From: an uncultured Candidatus Saccharibacteria bacterium
GTDB lineage: Bacteria; Patescibacteriota; Minisyncoccia; Phycocordibacterales; WO2-35-19
Assembly (NCBI GenBank): GCA_964630525.1
Contig: CAZVUY010000002.1
Span: 33,760-97,759 of the forward strand
Length of the DNA: 64,000 nucleotides
Reading direction: 5' to 3'
The position numbers and the translations under genes are program-made. Below the pieces are notes generated by a model. The model worked only from the letters and a program-made list of their open reading frames with translations, was not told the origin of the DNA and ran no database searches. Shown one piece after another: positions 10,233-18,174 of this stretch (positions are counted from its first letter, which is position 1; each line of letters starts with the position of its first letter).

Positions 10233-10496
10233 ATGACTTCTTTGACCACTCTGATTAGCAAAATTGTCGCTCTCATCATCAATCCGCTTATCGTACTGGG
10301 TTTTGTGGTGGCGACCATTGTCTTCTTTTATGGGATTGTCCAATTGATCAGGGGGGCGGATGGTTCTGACTTAGAACAGCGGAAGCGCAATGTAGTCTAT
10401 GGTTTGGTCGGTCTTTTCGTCATGTTTTCTGTCTATGGTATCTTGCGCCTAGTGCTCAATACTTTTGGTATCGAGTGGCCTTCATTTTTCGGGTAA
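10233..10496 (+). CDS. VirB2/TrbC-like pilin 7
   Basis: LIINPLI...FFYGIVQLI...KRNVVYGLVGLFVMFSVYGILR. Confidence 0.8.
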   Translation: MTSLTTLISKIVALIINPLIVLGFVVATIVFFYGIVQLIRGADGSDLEQRKRNVVYGLVGLFVMFSVYGILRLVLNTFGIEWPSFFG

Positions 10497-10529
10497 AAAT
10501 GAAGGGCGCGAATCTCTTCGCGCCCTATG

Positions 10530-11495
10530 TTACCGGGTGAATGGGTCGGTGAACCGGACCTCTACGGTCATCGGTTCCTTTTCCTTATGCCGGAAGCTGA
10601 ATGTTCTTGGCACAACGTCCAAGTTTAGCACCTCGCCACACCCGAAGACCTTCTGGTCGTCTTCGTCGGCTCGGATTTCGCAACCTTCCTGCTTGTTCGG
10701 GTACCAACGAACCTTCTCAAACCGCCGGTCGTTGTTGACGACCGGGCTCCACTCTCCGTCTTTCGAAGCCACCTCTTCTTTTCTAGAGGAGGGTGGCACC
10801 TTCGTGTCTGGACTATAACCGAGAGCCATAAGTTTTGGCCCCCAGCAGGCCCGGCCGCCGCCAAACTGCTCGTCGTGGTCCCAGGGACCAAAATCTTCTT
10901 TCTCGTACAAGTACGAGAAGTATCGATCCTGTCCCTCCTCAGTATTCAGGTCGAAACCGAGATCGAGAGCGGGCTTGCGATGCATTTCCCGGAATTGGTA
11001 CTTCCCGAAAGCATCGGAAGGTTTGATTCCCTTGGAGGGAATGCCTTTGTTCCGAGTTGGGATTTTGTTTCCCTTGTCATCTAGGACAAAGTTCCCATCC
11101 TTACCCTTCTCGAATTGTTGGCAGTTGGTCTCACACTCACAGACCACTCGCCGCGCCACTTCAAGAGGAACGCGAGTGGCCTGTGCTACTACTGGTCTTT
11201 GTAGGTACTGCTTATTGTCCCTGGTCCAGAAGTAATAACCCGCGAATGCGAGGCAAATTACTACCGGCGTTGCTACCAACCATTTGACTGGTAAATTTTT
11301 GGACGACCCCCCACTTTTTGCTTGTTGTGGTGGTAGGGTAGTTCGCGGTTGTTGTTGAGGGGGTTCTTGAGCAGGAGTCTGCTTTTTGTAAGGATCAATC
11401 TTCCTGTCTCCGCCCCCAAAAAACTCTTCTCTTTTGTACATAAAACCAAATACAAAGAGAAGAAAGATGAAACCTAAGGCTCCCCAGAATTCCAT
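10530..11495 (-). CDS. membrane protein with a lysozyme-like/lytic transglycosylase-like domain
   Basis: Two N-terminal hydrophobic segments, then CETNCQQF...DAFGKYQF...H...GFDLNTEEG...YLYE...GPW, which resembles SLT-like motifs (catalytic E, GxxQ). Confidence 0.55.
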   Translation of the reverse strand: MEFWGALGFIFLLFVFGFMYKREEFFGGGDRKIDPYKKQTPAQEPPQQQPRTTLPPQQAKSGGSSKNLPVKWLVATPVVICLAFAGYYFWTRDNKQYLQRPVVAQATRVPLEVARRVVCECETNCQQFEKGKDGNFVLDDKGNKIPTRNKGIPSKGIKPSDAFGKYQFREMHRKPALDLGFDLNTEEGQDRYFSYLYEKEDFGPWDHDEQFGGGRACWGPKLMALGYSPDTKVPPSSRKEEVASKDGEWSPVVNNDRRFEKVRWYPNKQEGCEIRADEDDQKVFGCGEVLNLDVVPRTFSFRHKEKEPMTVEVRFTDPFTR

Positions 11496-11588
11496 TGTAA
11501 AGTTCTCCTACTCTTAACTATAGCATATTTAAATAAAAAATCAAGCCGCTCCCAGTTGGTCTGGTGCGGCTTGTTAACATGGCAAAGC

Positions 11589-12875
11589 TTAGTTTGAACC
11601 CGGAGGCTTGGTTGCCATCAAAGTTTCTTTTAAGCTCAAGACAGATGTTAGTATAGATTGGTCTATGGGAAGGATGGTCACGTTACCTTCCTTTACCGCT
11701 CTCTCAAAGGCCTCAAGTCTCAATAATAGGGCTGCAGTCTCAGGGTTTGAAGCGTCTGCTAGATGTCTAAACCCAAGCGCTTGGGCTATCCGTTGCAGTT
11801 CCAAAGCCTCTGCCACACCAGCACCTTCTTGTGTTAAGCGATGCCGTTCTGCATCAGCTTTTGTACGAGTAGCCGATGCTTGGCCTTGACCCTCCTCCTC
11901 GAGCTTTATTCGGCTTGCTTGTGCTGTGCGAATTGTAGCTTGGGCATCGCCGTCTGCTTTTGCTATGGCTGCACCTCTCAGTGCAGTTGCTTTATTGGTG
12001 TCGTAAGGCGTCCCAACATCTTTAATGCCAACTTCCTCAATGTCGAGTCCCCAAGAGCGGGGAATGCGTTTGCCTGAAACTCGTGCTCTGGATACAGCCT
12101 CTGGGTCACCAACAAGATCCTCCACTCTTTCCTTCATTTTCTCACTAAGCGAGGCAAGTTCTTTCCTTGCTTTAGCGACAAAGGTTTGACCCGCATATTC
12201 AGAGAGAGTACGGATGCATACATCCTTTATACGCTCCATCGCTTCATCTAATCCACCAATCTCCTCAATCAGAGTTTGAAGGTTAGAAATTCTGACCCTG
12301 AAGTATAAGTGTGGATCGGTGGTTAGGGTGAGGGCGTACGGGTCATTCGCATAAGCTTTACACTCATCATCGGGAAGCCCGAGGGAACGCATATCCCCCC
12401 AGTTTATCCGCACCGGTTCTTCCATGACGTACCAGGAAACAGAGAGCTCTGCTTTTTTGGCACGCTCAATATCTCCTTTGCTTTTTTCGTCTATGGTTCC
12501 AAAATCGACTTGTACGGAGTTTCTTGTTGCTCTGCGTACGTAATAGAATGGCCACAAAGCAAAGTGAGGACCGGAGCCCCATTCTTTCAGAATGAGTCCA
12601 AAGAAAACCAGAACGGCTCTCTCGTACTCTCTGATTACGTGGATGCTCATAATCCCAAAATGCCATGTAGCCACACCAACGACGACTACCCACCAGTGAA
12701 TGCCTCCAATCGCCAGTTGCTTTATCAGCGAGACTAGCAAAAGGAGAACATACAAAATGGAAAACCCTATAGGTAGTTGTTTTCCTAAAGTCCCCCATTT
12801 ATTTTGTGGAGGGGTCGGATCTCCGTTTCCATTTGGTAACGGAGGAGGTGGATCGGACAAATCATATATACTCAT
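11589..12875 (-). CDS. SPFH/band-7 domain membrane protein
   Basis: TMs, then IREYERAVLVFFG...GPHFALWP, WGLDIEEVGIKDV and an Ala-rich coiled coil (AKADG..A). The SD GAGGT precedes the ATG at 12875. Confidence 0.85.
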   Translation of the reverse strand: MSIYDLSDPPPPLPNGNGDPTPPQNKWGTLGKQLPIGFSILYVLLLLVSLIKQLAIGGIHWWVVVVGVATWHFGIMSIHVIREYERAVLVFFGLILKEWGSGPHFALWPFYYVRRATRNSVQVDFGTIDEKSKGDIERAKKAELSVSWYVMEEPVRINWGDMRSLGLPDDECKAYANDPYALTLTTDPHLYFRVRISNLQTLIEEIGGLDEAMERIKDVCIRTLSEYAGQTFVAKARKELASLSEKMKERVEDLVGDPEAVSRARVSGKRIPRSWGLDIEEVGIKDVGTPYDTNKATALRGAAIAKADGDAQATIRTAQASRIKLEEEGQGQASATRTKADAERHRLTQEGAGVAEALELQRIAQALGFRHLADASNPETAALLLRLEAFERAVKEGNVTILPIDQSILTSVLSLKETLMATKPPGSN

Positions 12876-12964
12876 CTTACCTCTTTTCAAATTTCTATTT
12901 CGGCTAAAGCCGATTCCGAACGAATTATATCACACTTGCAAAGTAAAAGTCAATAGAATATAAT

Positions 12965-13353
12965 GGGAGTAGATCGTCGTTCCGAACAATTACTCCGACG
13001 TTTATAGTCGGAGAGGAAAGTCCGAACATCGACCAATTTTGTTCGCTTCGGTGGGCAAAATTGGAAAGGGTAGTGGGTAACACCCATCCGCCGTGAGGCG
13101 CGAGATGCGAGCAGAGACGTCTCTTTTCGAAAGGGGAGAGAAATCCGCAAGGATTAGTTCTATCGAAAGGTAGAAGTGAAACGGCTAAACTCTTACCTCG
13201 ATGCAAGTCCGTGCCCGGCAGAAATTGCCGAGGAGTGACGCTTGATCCGTCTGGTAACAGACGAGACAGATAAATTATTGTTACTGAGAGTATCGAAACC
13301 CTTCGATAAACTCAGGGTAAACAGAATTCGGCTTATGAGAACGAAGGTCTCTC
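12965..13353 (+). ncRNA. rnpB: RNase P RNA
   Basis: Conserved GAGGAAAGTCC (13012), AGTGAAACGG and ACAGAATTCGGCTTA (13321); complementary termini; ends approximate. Confidence 0.93.
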
Positions 13354-13437
13354 GGCACTTTATTGTGCCGCGATAAAATGCAAAATCCGCCCCAAAAAGG
13401 CGGATTTTGCATTTGGTTTACACTGAGCTTGTCGAAG

Positions 13438-13596
13438 TGTGCTGGGGAGGAGACTTGGTCACGCATAAAATTTTGCTAAATTTTTGCTCGACCCCGGCTC
13501 GGCTCGTCAGCCTCCGCCTTTCAAGTCAGTCTTACGCTTTTTTAAATTAAAAAAGCTAGACCCTCCCTAGCATAAAAATTCGCTAGGCTCATTTTG
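13438..13596 (-). repeat. tRNA-3'-end-linked scaffold element, copy A (Leu-TAG)
   Basis: 20-bp duplicate of the tRNA 3' end at 13438, plus a split inverted copy (ttcaagtc / cctccctagca) around the ccggctc...ccgcc scaffold. Confidence 0.8.
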
Positions 13597-13679
13597 TGCT
13601 GGGGAGGAGACTTGAACTCCTAATCCACAAGGGAACTAGTTCCTAAGACTAGCGCGTATACCAATTCCGCCACCCCAGC
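13597..13679 (-). tRNA. tRNA-Leu(TAG)
   Basis: GCTGGGG/CCCCAGC acceptor, CTAGT-CT-TAG-GA-ACTAG, long variable arm. Confidence 0.95.
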
Positions 13680-13714
13680 TTTAAGTCCGAAAAATTAATT
13701 TATTTTTTGACTTG

Positions 13715-13787
13715 TCCGCCCGGTAGGAGTCGAACCTACGACAATCTCCTTAAGAGGGAGCCGCTCTACCAACTGAGCTACGGGCGG
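13715..13787 (-). tRNA. tRNA-Lys(CTT)
   Basis: CCGCCCG/CGGGCGG acceptor, TAGCTCAGTTGGTAGAGC D-arm, anticodon loop CT-CTT-AA. Confidence 0.9.
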
Positions 13788-13844
13788 GTATTTATGAATA
13801 AGAATATACCATATAACAATTTTTATGGTAAGCTAAATTTGTTT

Positions 13845-13919
13845 GACCTAGTCGCCAAGTGGTAAGGCAAGAGTCTGCAAAACTCTTATACGGCGGTTCG
13901 ATTCCGCCCTAGGTCTCCA
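13845..13919 (+). tRNA. tRNA-Cys(GCA)
   Basis: GACCTAG/CTAGGTC acceptor, U73, AGAGT-CT-GCA-AA-ACTCT, encoded CCA. Confidence 0.96.
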
Positions 13920-13952
13920 TCGTCTCAAACTGATTTTTAGGGGCGATAAATT

Positions 13953-14034
13953 GCCCGGGTGGCGGAATCGGTATACGCAGTCGACTTAAAATCGGCGGCC
14001 TCACGGCTTGTGGGTTCAAGTCCCACCCCGGGCA
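13953..14034 (+). tRNA. tRNA-Leu(TAA)
   Basis: GCCCGGG/CCCGGGC acceptor, loop CT-TAA-AA, long variable arm. Confidence 0.95.
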
Positions 14035-14041
14035 CAAAAAA

Positions 14042-14383
14042 TTAAAGACCAGCTTCGTTTAGGAGCTCATCTATGCGTTGACGGTTGTGTTCGCCGAGGT
14101 CGATGGCGAAGTTGATCTTTGGTACAAAGCCGATAGATTTTTTGTCCATCACATAACGGCGGAAGTCTCTGGTGCGACGTTTGGCAAATTCCAAGGCAGC
14201 CTGTTCTTTTTCTTGCGGTAAGGCAGTGAAAAAAATCGTAGCGTACTTGCCTCTGTTGCCGACTTCAACTTTGGTGATAGTTATCAGTGAATCCTTGTTT
14301 GCTTCAACTAAGAAATATTGGGCAGCAAATTGACCAAGTAGGGAAGCTAGTTTCTCATCTTTGTATTTAGTTGGTTGGCGCAT
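14042..14383 (-). CDS. rbfA: ribosome-binding factor A
   Basis: LITITKVEV...ATIFFT...FVPKINFAID...RIDELL; directly downstream of infB. Confidence 0.9.
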   Translation of the reverse strand: MRQPTKYKDEKLASLLGQFAAQYFLVEANKDSLITITKVEVGNRGKYATIFFTALPQEKEQAALEFAKRRTRDFRRYVMDKKSIGFVPKINFAIDLGEHNRQRIDELLNEAGL

Positions 14384-14421
14384 ATTGTTTGGGAGACTAC
14401 ACAAAAATAGTTCTAAGCGAG

Positions 14422-15921
14422 TTATTTTTGTTCAACCAGGGAAATTGCTTTTAAGTAGTCGCCTGGTACGATCTCGATTTTTGACTCAATCAACATTCCA
14501 AACTCATCACCTTCTTTTACTGAGCTGGTCTTGATTTTTTGGCTTTGGATTTCTTTGATTTTGCCTTCACCAAGCATGGCGTCTCGTCGGAAAACTTGGA
14601 CAGTGTTGCCCGATTTTATTTCTCCTGTTTCGGTTTTGCCGCCGATCACTTGCTTGTCTTTATTTTTACTGAAGGTGCGGATTATTTTGGCCGAGCCGGT
14701 CATGGTCTCAACTTTGGTTAGCGGAGTCGCTTCCTCGATCCTTGTTTTTAGGTAATCAATCAGTTCGTAAATGATATTGAAGTTTTTGATCTCAATGTTT
14801 TCTCGGAGAGCGAGTTGATCTGTCCCTTTGGCGGTAGCGACATTAAAACCAATTATCAAACTTTTCTTTATATTAGCTGTTTTGATGTCACTTTCGCTGA
14901 CCGCTCCGATTCCTTTGCTGACTATCCTAACCATGACCTTATCGGAGTCGAGTTTTTTCAGTTCGTGCTCTACGGCTTCTAGAGAACCCATGGTATCGGC
15001 CTTGAGGATAAGGGTGATACAGGTGCAGCCTTCTGGCACATTGCCGCCCCAGCCACTTGCCACTTTGACTGTGTTGGTTTTGGTGTATTCGATCGCCGAC
15101 TCTTTTGTGGCAAAAGTTTGGAATGGATTGCCGACTATCGGTATTTGATCCCAGCCCGCTATTTTCACTGGGCTTGAAAAAGTAGCTTCTGTTATATTTT
15201 CTCCCTGAAAATCTTGGATAGAACGGACAGGTGTGTAAGCGCCGGCGCTCGCAATGAAATCACCGATATTCAAGGTGCCGTTTTTGATGATCAGGGTAGC
15301 GGCAATACCTTGTTTTGGACTCAGGTTACTCTCAATCACGAAACCCTCGGCTTTTGCTTCCGGATCACCTTTTAGTTCTTCCATGTCTACCTGTAGAGCG
15401 ATCATTTCGATCAGTTCGATTACTCCCTCTCCGGTTTTAGCTGAGATCGGTACAAAAGGTATGGTCCCACCCCAACCTTCAAGCAAGACACCATGCTCGG
15501 CTAAACTCTGTTTGACCTTGTCTATGTTTTGGCCAGCTTTGTCGATTTTGTTGATTGCTACGATAAATGGTAAATGGTCCATCTCAATACATTTCAAAGC
15601 TTCTACTGTTTGCGGTTTGACACCGTCGTCGGCGGCTACCACCAGTACCGCCATGTCTGCGATCCGAGCCCCCCTTTCGCGGATGGTACAAAAAGCCTCG
15701 TGACCTGGAGTGTCGAGGAAAGTCATTTTCCTTTTTTCTTGCTTGTCACCAAACTCCAACTGGACTTCATAGGCACTTACGTGTTGGGTGATACCACCCG
15801 CTTCTTTGGCAGTAATGTTGGTTTTGCGGATATAGTCGAGCAGGGTGGATTTGCCATGGTCTATATGTCCCATGACGACTATTACGGGCGGACGGGGGAT
15901 GGTGGTACTTTGAGTTGACAT
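14422..15921 (-). CDS. infB: translation initiation factor IF-2 (short form)
   Basis: RPPVIVVMGHIDHGKSTLLD, GGITQH, DTPGHEAF, NKID and KADTMGSLEA motifs. Confidence 0.98.
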   Translation of the reverse strand: MSTQSTTIPRPPVIVVMGHIDHGKSTLLDYIRKTNITAKEAGGITQHVSAYEVQLEFGDKQEKRKMTFLDTPGHEAFCTIRERGARIADMAVLVVAADDGVKPQTVEALKCIEMDHLPFIVAINKIDKAGQNIDKVKQSLAEHGVLLEGWGGTIPFVPISAKTGEGVIELIEMIALQVDMEELKGDPEAKAEGFVIESNLSPKQGIAATLIIKNGTLNIGDFIASAGAYTPVRSIQDFQGENITEATFSSPVKIAGWDQIPIVGNPFQTFATKESAIEYTKTNTVKVASGWGGNVPEGCTCITLILKADTMGSLEAVEHELKKLDSDKVMVRIVSKGIGAVSESDIKTANIKKSLIIGFNVATAKGTDQLALRENIEIKNFNIIYELIDYLKTRIEEATPLTKVETMTGSAKIIRTFSKNKDKQVIGGKTETGEIKSGNTVQVFRRDAMLGEGKIKEIQSQKIKTSSVKEGDEFGMLIESKIEIVPGDYLKAISLVEQK

Positions 15922-15961
15922 TGTCGCATATTATACACTAAATTGTGTTATTATCCAGAGG

Positions 15962-17167
15962 ATGAAAGAAAAAAAGAAAAAGTCTAAAAAAAGAGTGTTT
16001 TTGGATTACGCTTCTACCACTCCTATTGATGGGGCGGTTTTGAAGACAGTAGTAAAAGCCGAGGAGTATTTTTGGGCCAATCCATCGTCCTTACACCAAT
16101 TTGGCGATGAGGCCAAAGAGGCGCAGAGAGAGGCCAGATTCAAAATAGCCCAGATTTTGCATTGCCGAGCCAGTGAAATTTTTTTTACCAGCGGCGGTAC
16201 TGAGGCTTTAAATCTGGCAATTTTTGGGGTTGTGCAGACTGCAGAAAAACAAAAGGTATTCTCTGGCGACTTGCCACACATCATCACTTCTACGATCGAA
16301 CACCCGGCAGTTTTGGAGCCGATCAAGTTTTTGTTGAAAGAGGGGAGAATAGAAGTTAGTTTTCTCACACCAGACAAAGAAGGTTTTATCAATCCTGATT
16401 CGGTGAAAAAAGAACTAAAAACCAACACTGTCTTAGTTGCTATCCAGCATGCTAACAATGAATTGGGAGTGATCGAGCCAATTTTGAAAATCGCCAGAGT
16501 ACTGAGGGAATTTAAAAAATCTTCAAATTTGTCTGTAGCGACCTATCCGTATCTGCTTGTCGATGCAAGCCAGAGCGTGCTTTTTGAGGATGTGTCGGTA
16601 GAAAGACTAAAAGCTGACCTCTTGGTGATTGATGGTATCAAAATGCACGGTCCTAGGGGGGCAGGGGTATTGGTGGTAAAGCACGGGACCGAACTTTCCC
16701 CAATTATTTTTGGTGGTGGCCAAGAAGGGGGGTTGCGACCTGGTACTGAAAATGTGCCGGCTGTTTGCGGCCTGGCGAAAGCACTTGAAATAGCAGTTGG
16801 AAAAAGAAAAACAGAAACTACCAGACTAAAAAAGTTGCGTGACTATGCAATCAAAAAAATTTTAGACGAATGGCCAGAGGTGTCGCTCAACGGTTCGGTC
16901 GCTGATCGTTTGCCTAATAACCTAAACCTTTGTTTCCCTGGGCAAGATTCGGAATTTTTGGTGATCAAGCTTGATCTCGCCGGCTTCGCTGTCTCGGCGG
17001 CGTCAGCCTGCCATTCCTTGAATCTGGAGAACGGTTCTTATGTGGTCGAATCATTGGGCAAACCAGAATGCAAGAACAGTTCTCTCCGTATTACATTGGG
17101 GCGTTCAACTACTAAAGCTGAGTTAGATCGTTTTATCTCTGCTCTCAAAAAAATTTTAAATAAATAA
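15962..17167 (+). CDS. iscS: cysteine desulfurase (IscS/NifS class I)
   Basis: FLDYASTTP, ANPSSLH, FTSGGTEA, IEHPAV, KMHGPRG, GGGQEGGLRPGTEN and SAASAC motifs. Confidence 0.92.
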   Translation: MKEKKKKSKKRVFLDYASTTPIDGAVLKTVVKAEEYFWANPSSLHQFGDEAKEAQREARFKIAQILHCRASEIFFTSGGTEALNLAIFGVVQTAEKQKVFSGDLPHIITSTIEHPAVLEPIKFLLKEGRIEVSFLTPDKEGFINPDSVKKELKTNTVLVAIQHANNELGVIEPILKIARVLREFKKSSNLSVATYPYLLVDASQSVLFEDVSVERLKADLLVIDGIKMHGPRGAGVLVVKHGTELSPIIFGGGQEGGLRPGTENVPAVCGLAKALEIAVGKRKTETTRLKKLRDYAIKKILDEWPEVSLNGSVADRLPNNLNLCFPGQDSEFLVIKLDLAGFAVSAASACHSLNLENGSYVVESLGKPECKNSSLRITLGRSTTKAELDRFISALKKILNK

Positions 17168-17244
17168 GAAACAAGGGGAAATAAAATTTTCAACAAGCGG
17201 GATTTATCTGCCGCTTTTGAAAATTTTATTTGTTTTTTGCTTCT
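17165..17244. repeat. long AT-rich intergenic inverted repeat
   Basis: aaataaaattttcaacaagcgg...ccgcttttgaaaattttattt; could act as a terminator. Confidence 0.6.
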
Positions 17245-17296
17245 AAACTATAGATTGCTTGTTTACAAATATTTTTTTTGTTAATATTTAGAGCAA

Positions 17297-18115
17297 ATGG
17301 AAGATCTCACCAAACATCAACTTTTGCTGCTCACGCTGCTGGTCTCGTTTATCACCTCGATCGGTACTGGGATCATCACTTTTACTTTGCTTCAGGAAGC
17401 ACCAGTCGAGGTGACCCAAACCATCAATCGGGTAGTGGAAAAAACCATCGAGCGGGTAGTCACTGAGCCGGGCCAACCAGAGAAAGTGGTCACTACTGTT
17501 GTGGTGAATGAGGAGGATCGAGTACTCGATTCTATTGCTAAGAACGAAAAATCAATCGTTCGACTCAAGACCTCAGCCGCCGACGGTAGTCAGCTATTCG
17601 TTGCTATGGGTCTTGTTGTTTCTCAAGATGGTACTGTGGTCTTCGACCTCGGTAGTTACAGCTCGACAGTCTTCTATGAAATGGTCTTCCATGATGGCAA
17701 GATTTACCCGATCGGCAAAGTCTACAAAGACGAAACTAACGGCCTTATTTTCATAAAGACGAGTATCCCCAAGAATGACAACTCAAAATATGTATTTTAT
17801 CCCGCTGTTTTTGGCAATTCTGACACTCTCAAAATCGGTCAAACCCTCATCGCTGTTAACGGGCGGGAATCCAATGCGGTTTCGATCGGTCGGGTTAGGC
17901 AGCTCAATATTGCACCTGACAAGAAGACGGTTTCTCTCATCGATTCTGACATTGCGATATTGCGCGATTATGCCGGTAGCCCAGCCCTCAATCTCTCCGG
18001 TGAAATAGTAGGCCTGCAGTTGGGAATCAAAGAAGGGGATAAAACCTACTCCTATGCACCGTCAAATATTGTTAAAAACGCCATACCCAAAGCCCTCCCT
18101 GAGCTAGTTAATTAG
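17297..18115 (+). CDS. membrane-anchored trypsin-like (S1C/HtrA-like) domain protein, catalytic motif degenerate
   Basis: N-terminal TM; GLVVSQDG, FGNSDTLKIGQ and DYAGSPALNLSGEIVG (canonical GNSGGPL). Confidence 0.75.
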   Translation: MEDLTKHQLLLLTLLVSFITSIGTGIITFTLLQEAPVEVTQTINRVVEKTIERVVTEPGQPEKVVTTVVVNEEDRVLDSIAKNEKSIVRLKTSAADGSQLFVAMGLVVSQDGTVVFDLGSYSSTVFYEMVFHDGKIYPIGKVYKDETNGLIFIKTSIPKNDNSKYVFYPAVFGNSDTLKIGQTLIAVNGRESNAVSIGRVRQLNIAPDKKTVSLIDSDIAILRDYAGSPALNLSGEIVGLQLGIKEGDKTYSYAPSNIVKNAIPKALPELVN

Positions 18116-18174
18116 TTTCTAAATGTTTGGTAAAGCGTGCTTTTTATCAAAAATCATGCTATAATTAAGTGTCT

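Noticed and set aside
14422-15921. IF2 lacking the N-terminal domain; short RelA/SpoT; insertion in TsaD
   Set aside because: These fit the ordinary reduced or variant forms expected in CPR genomes and are not frameshifts.
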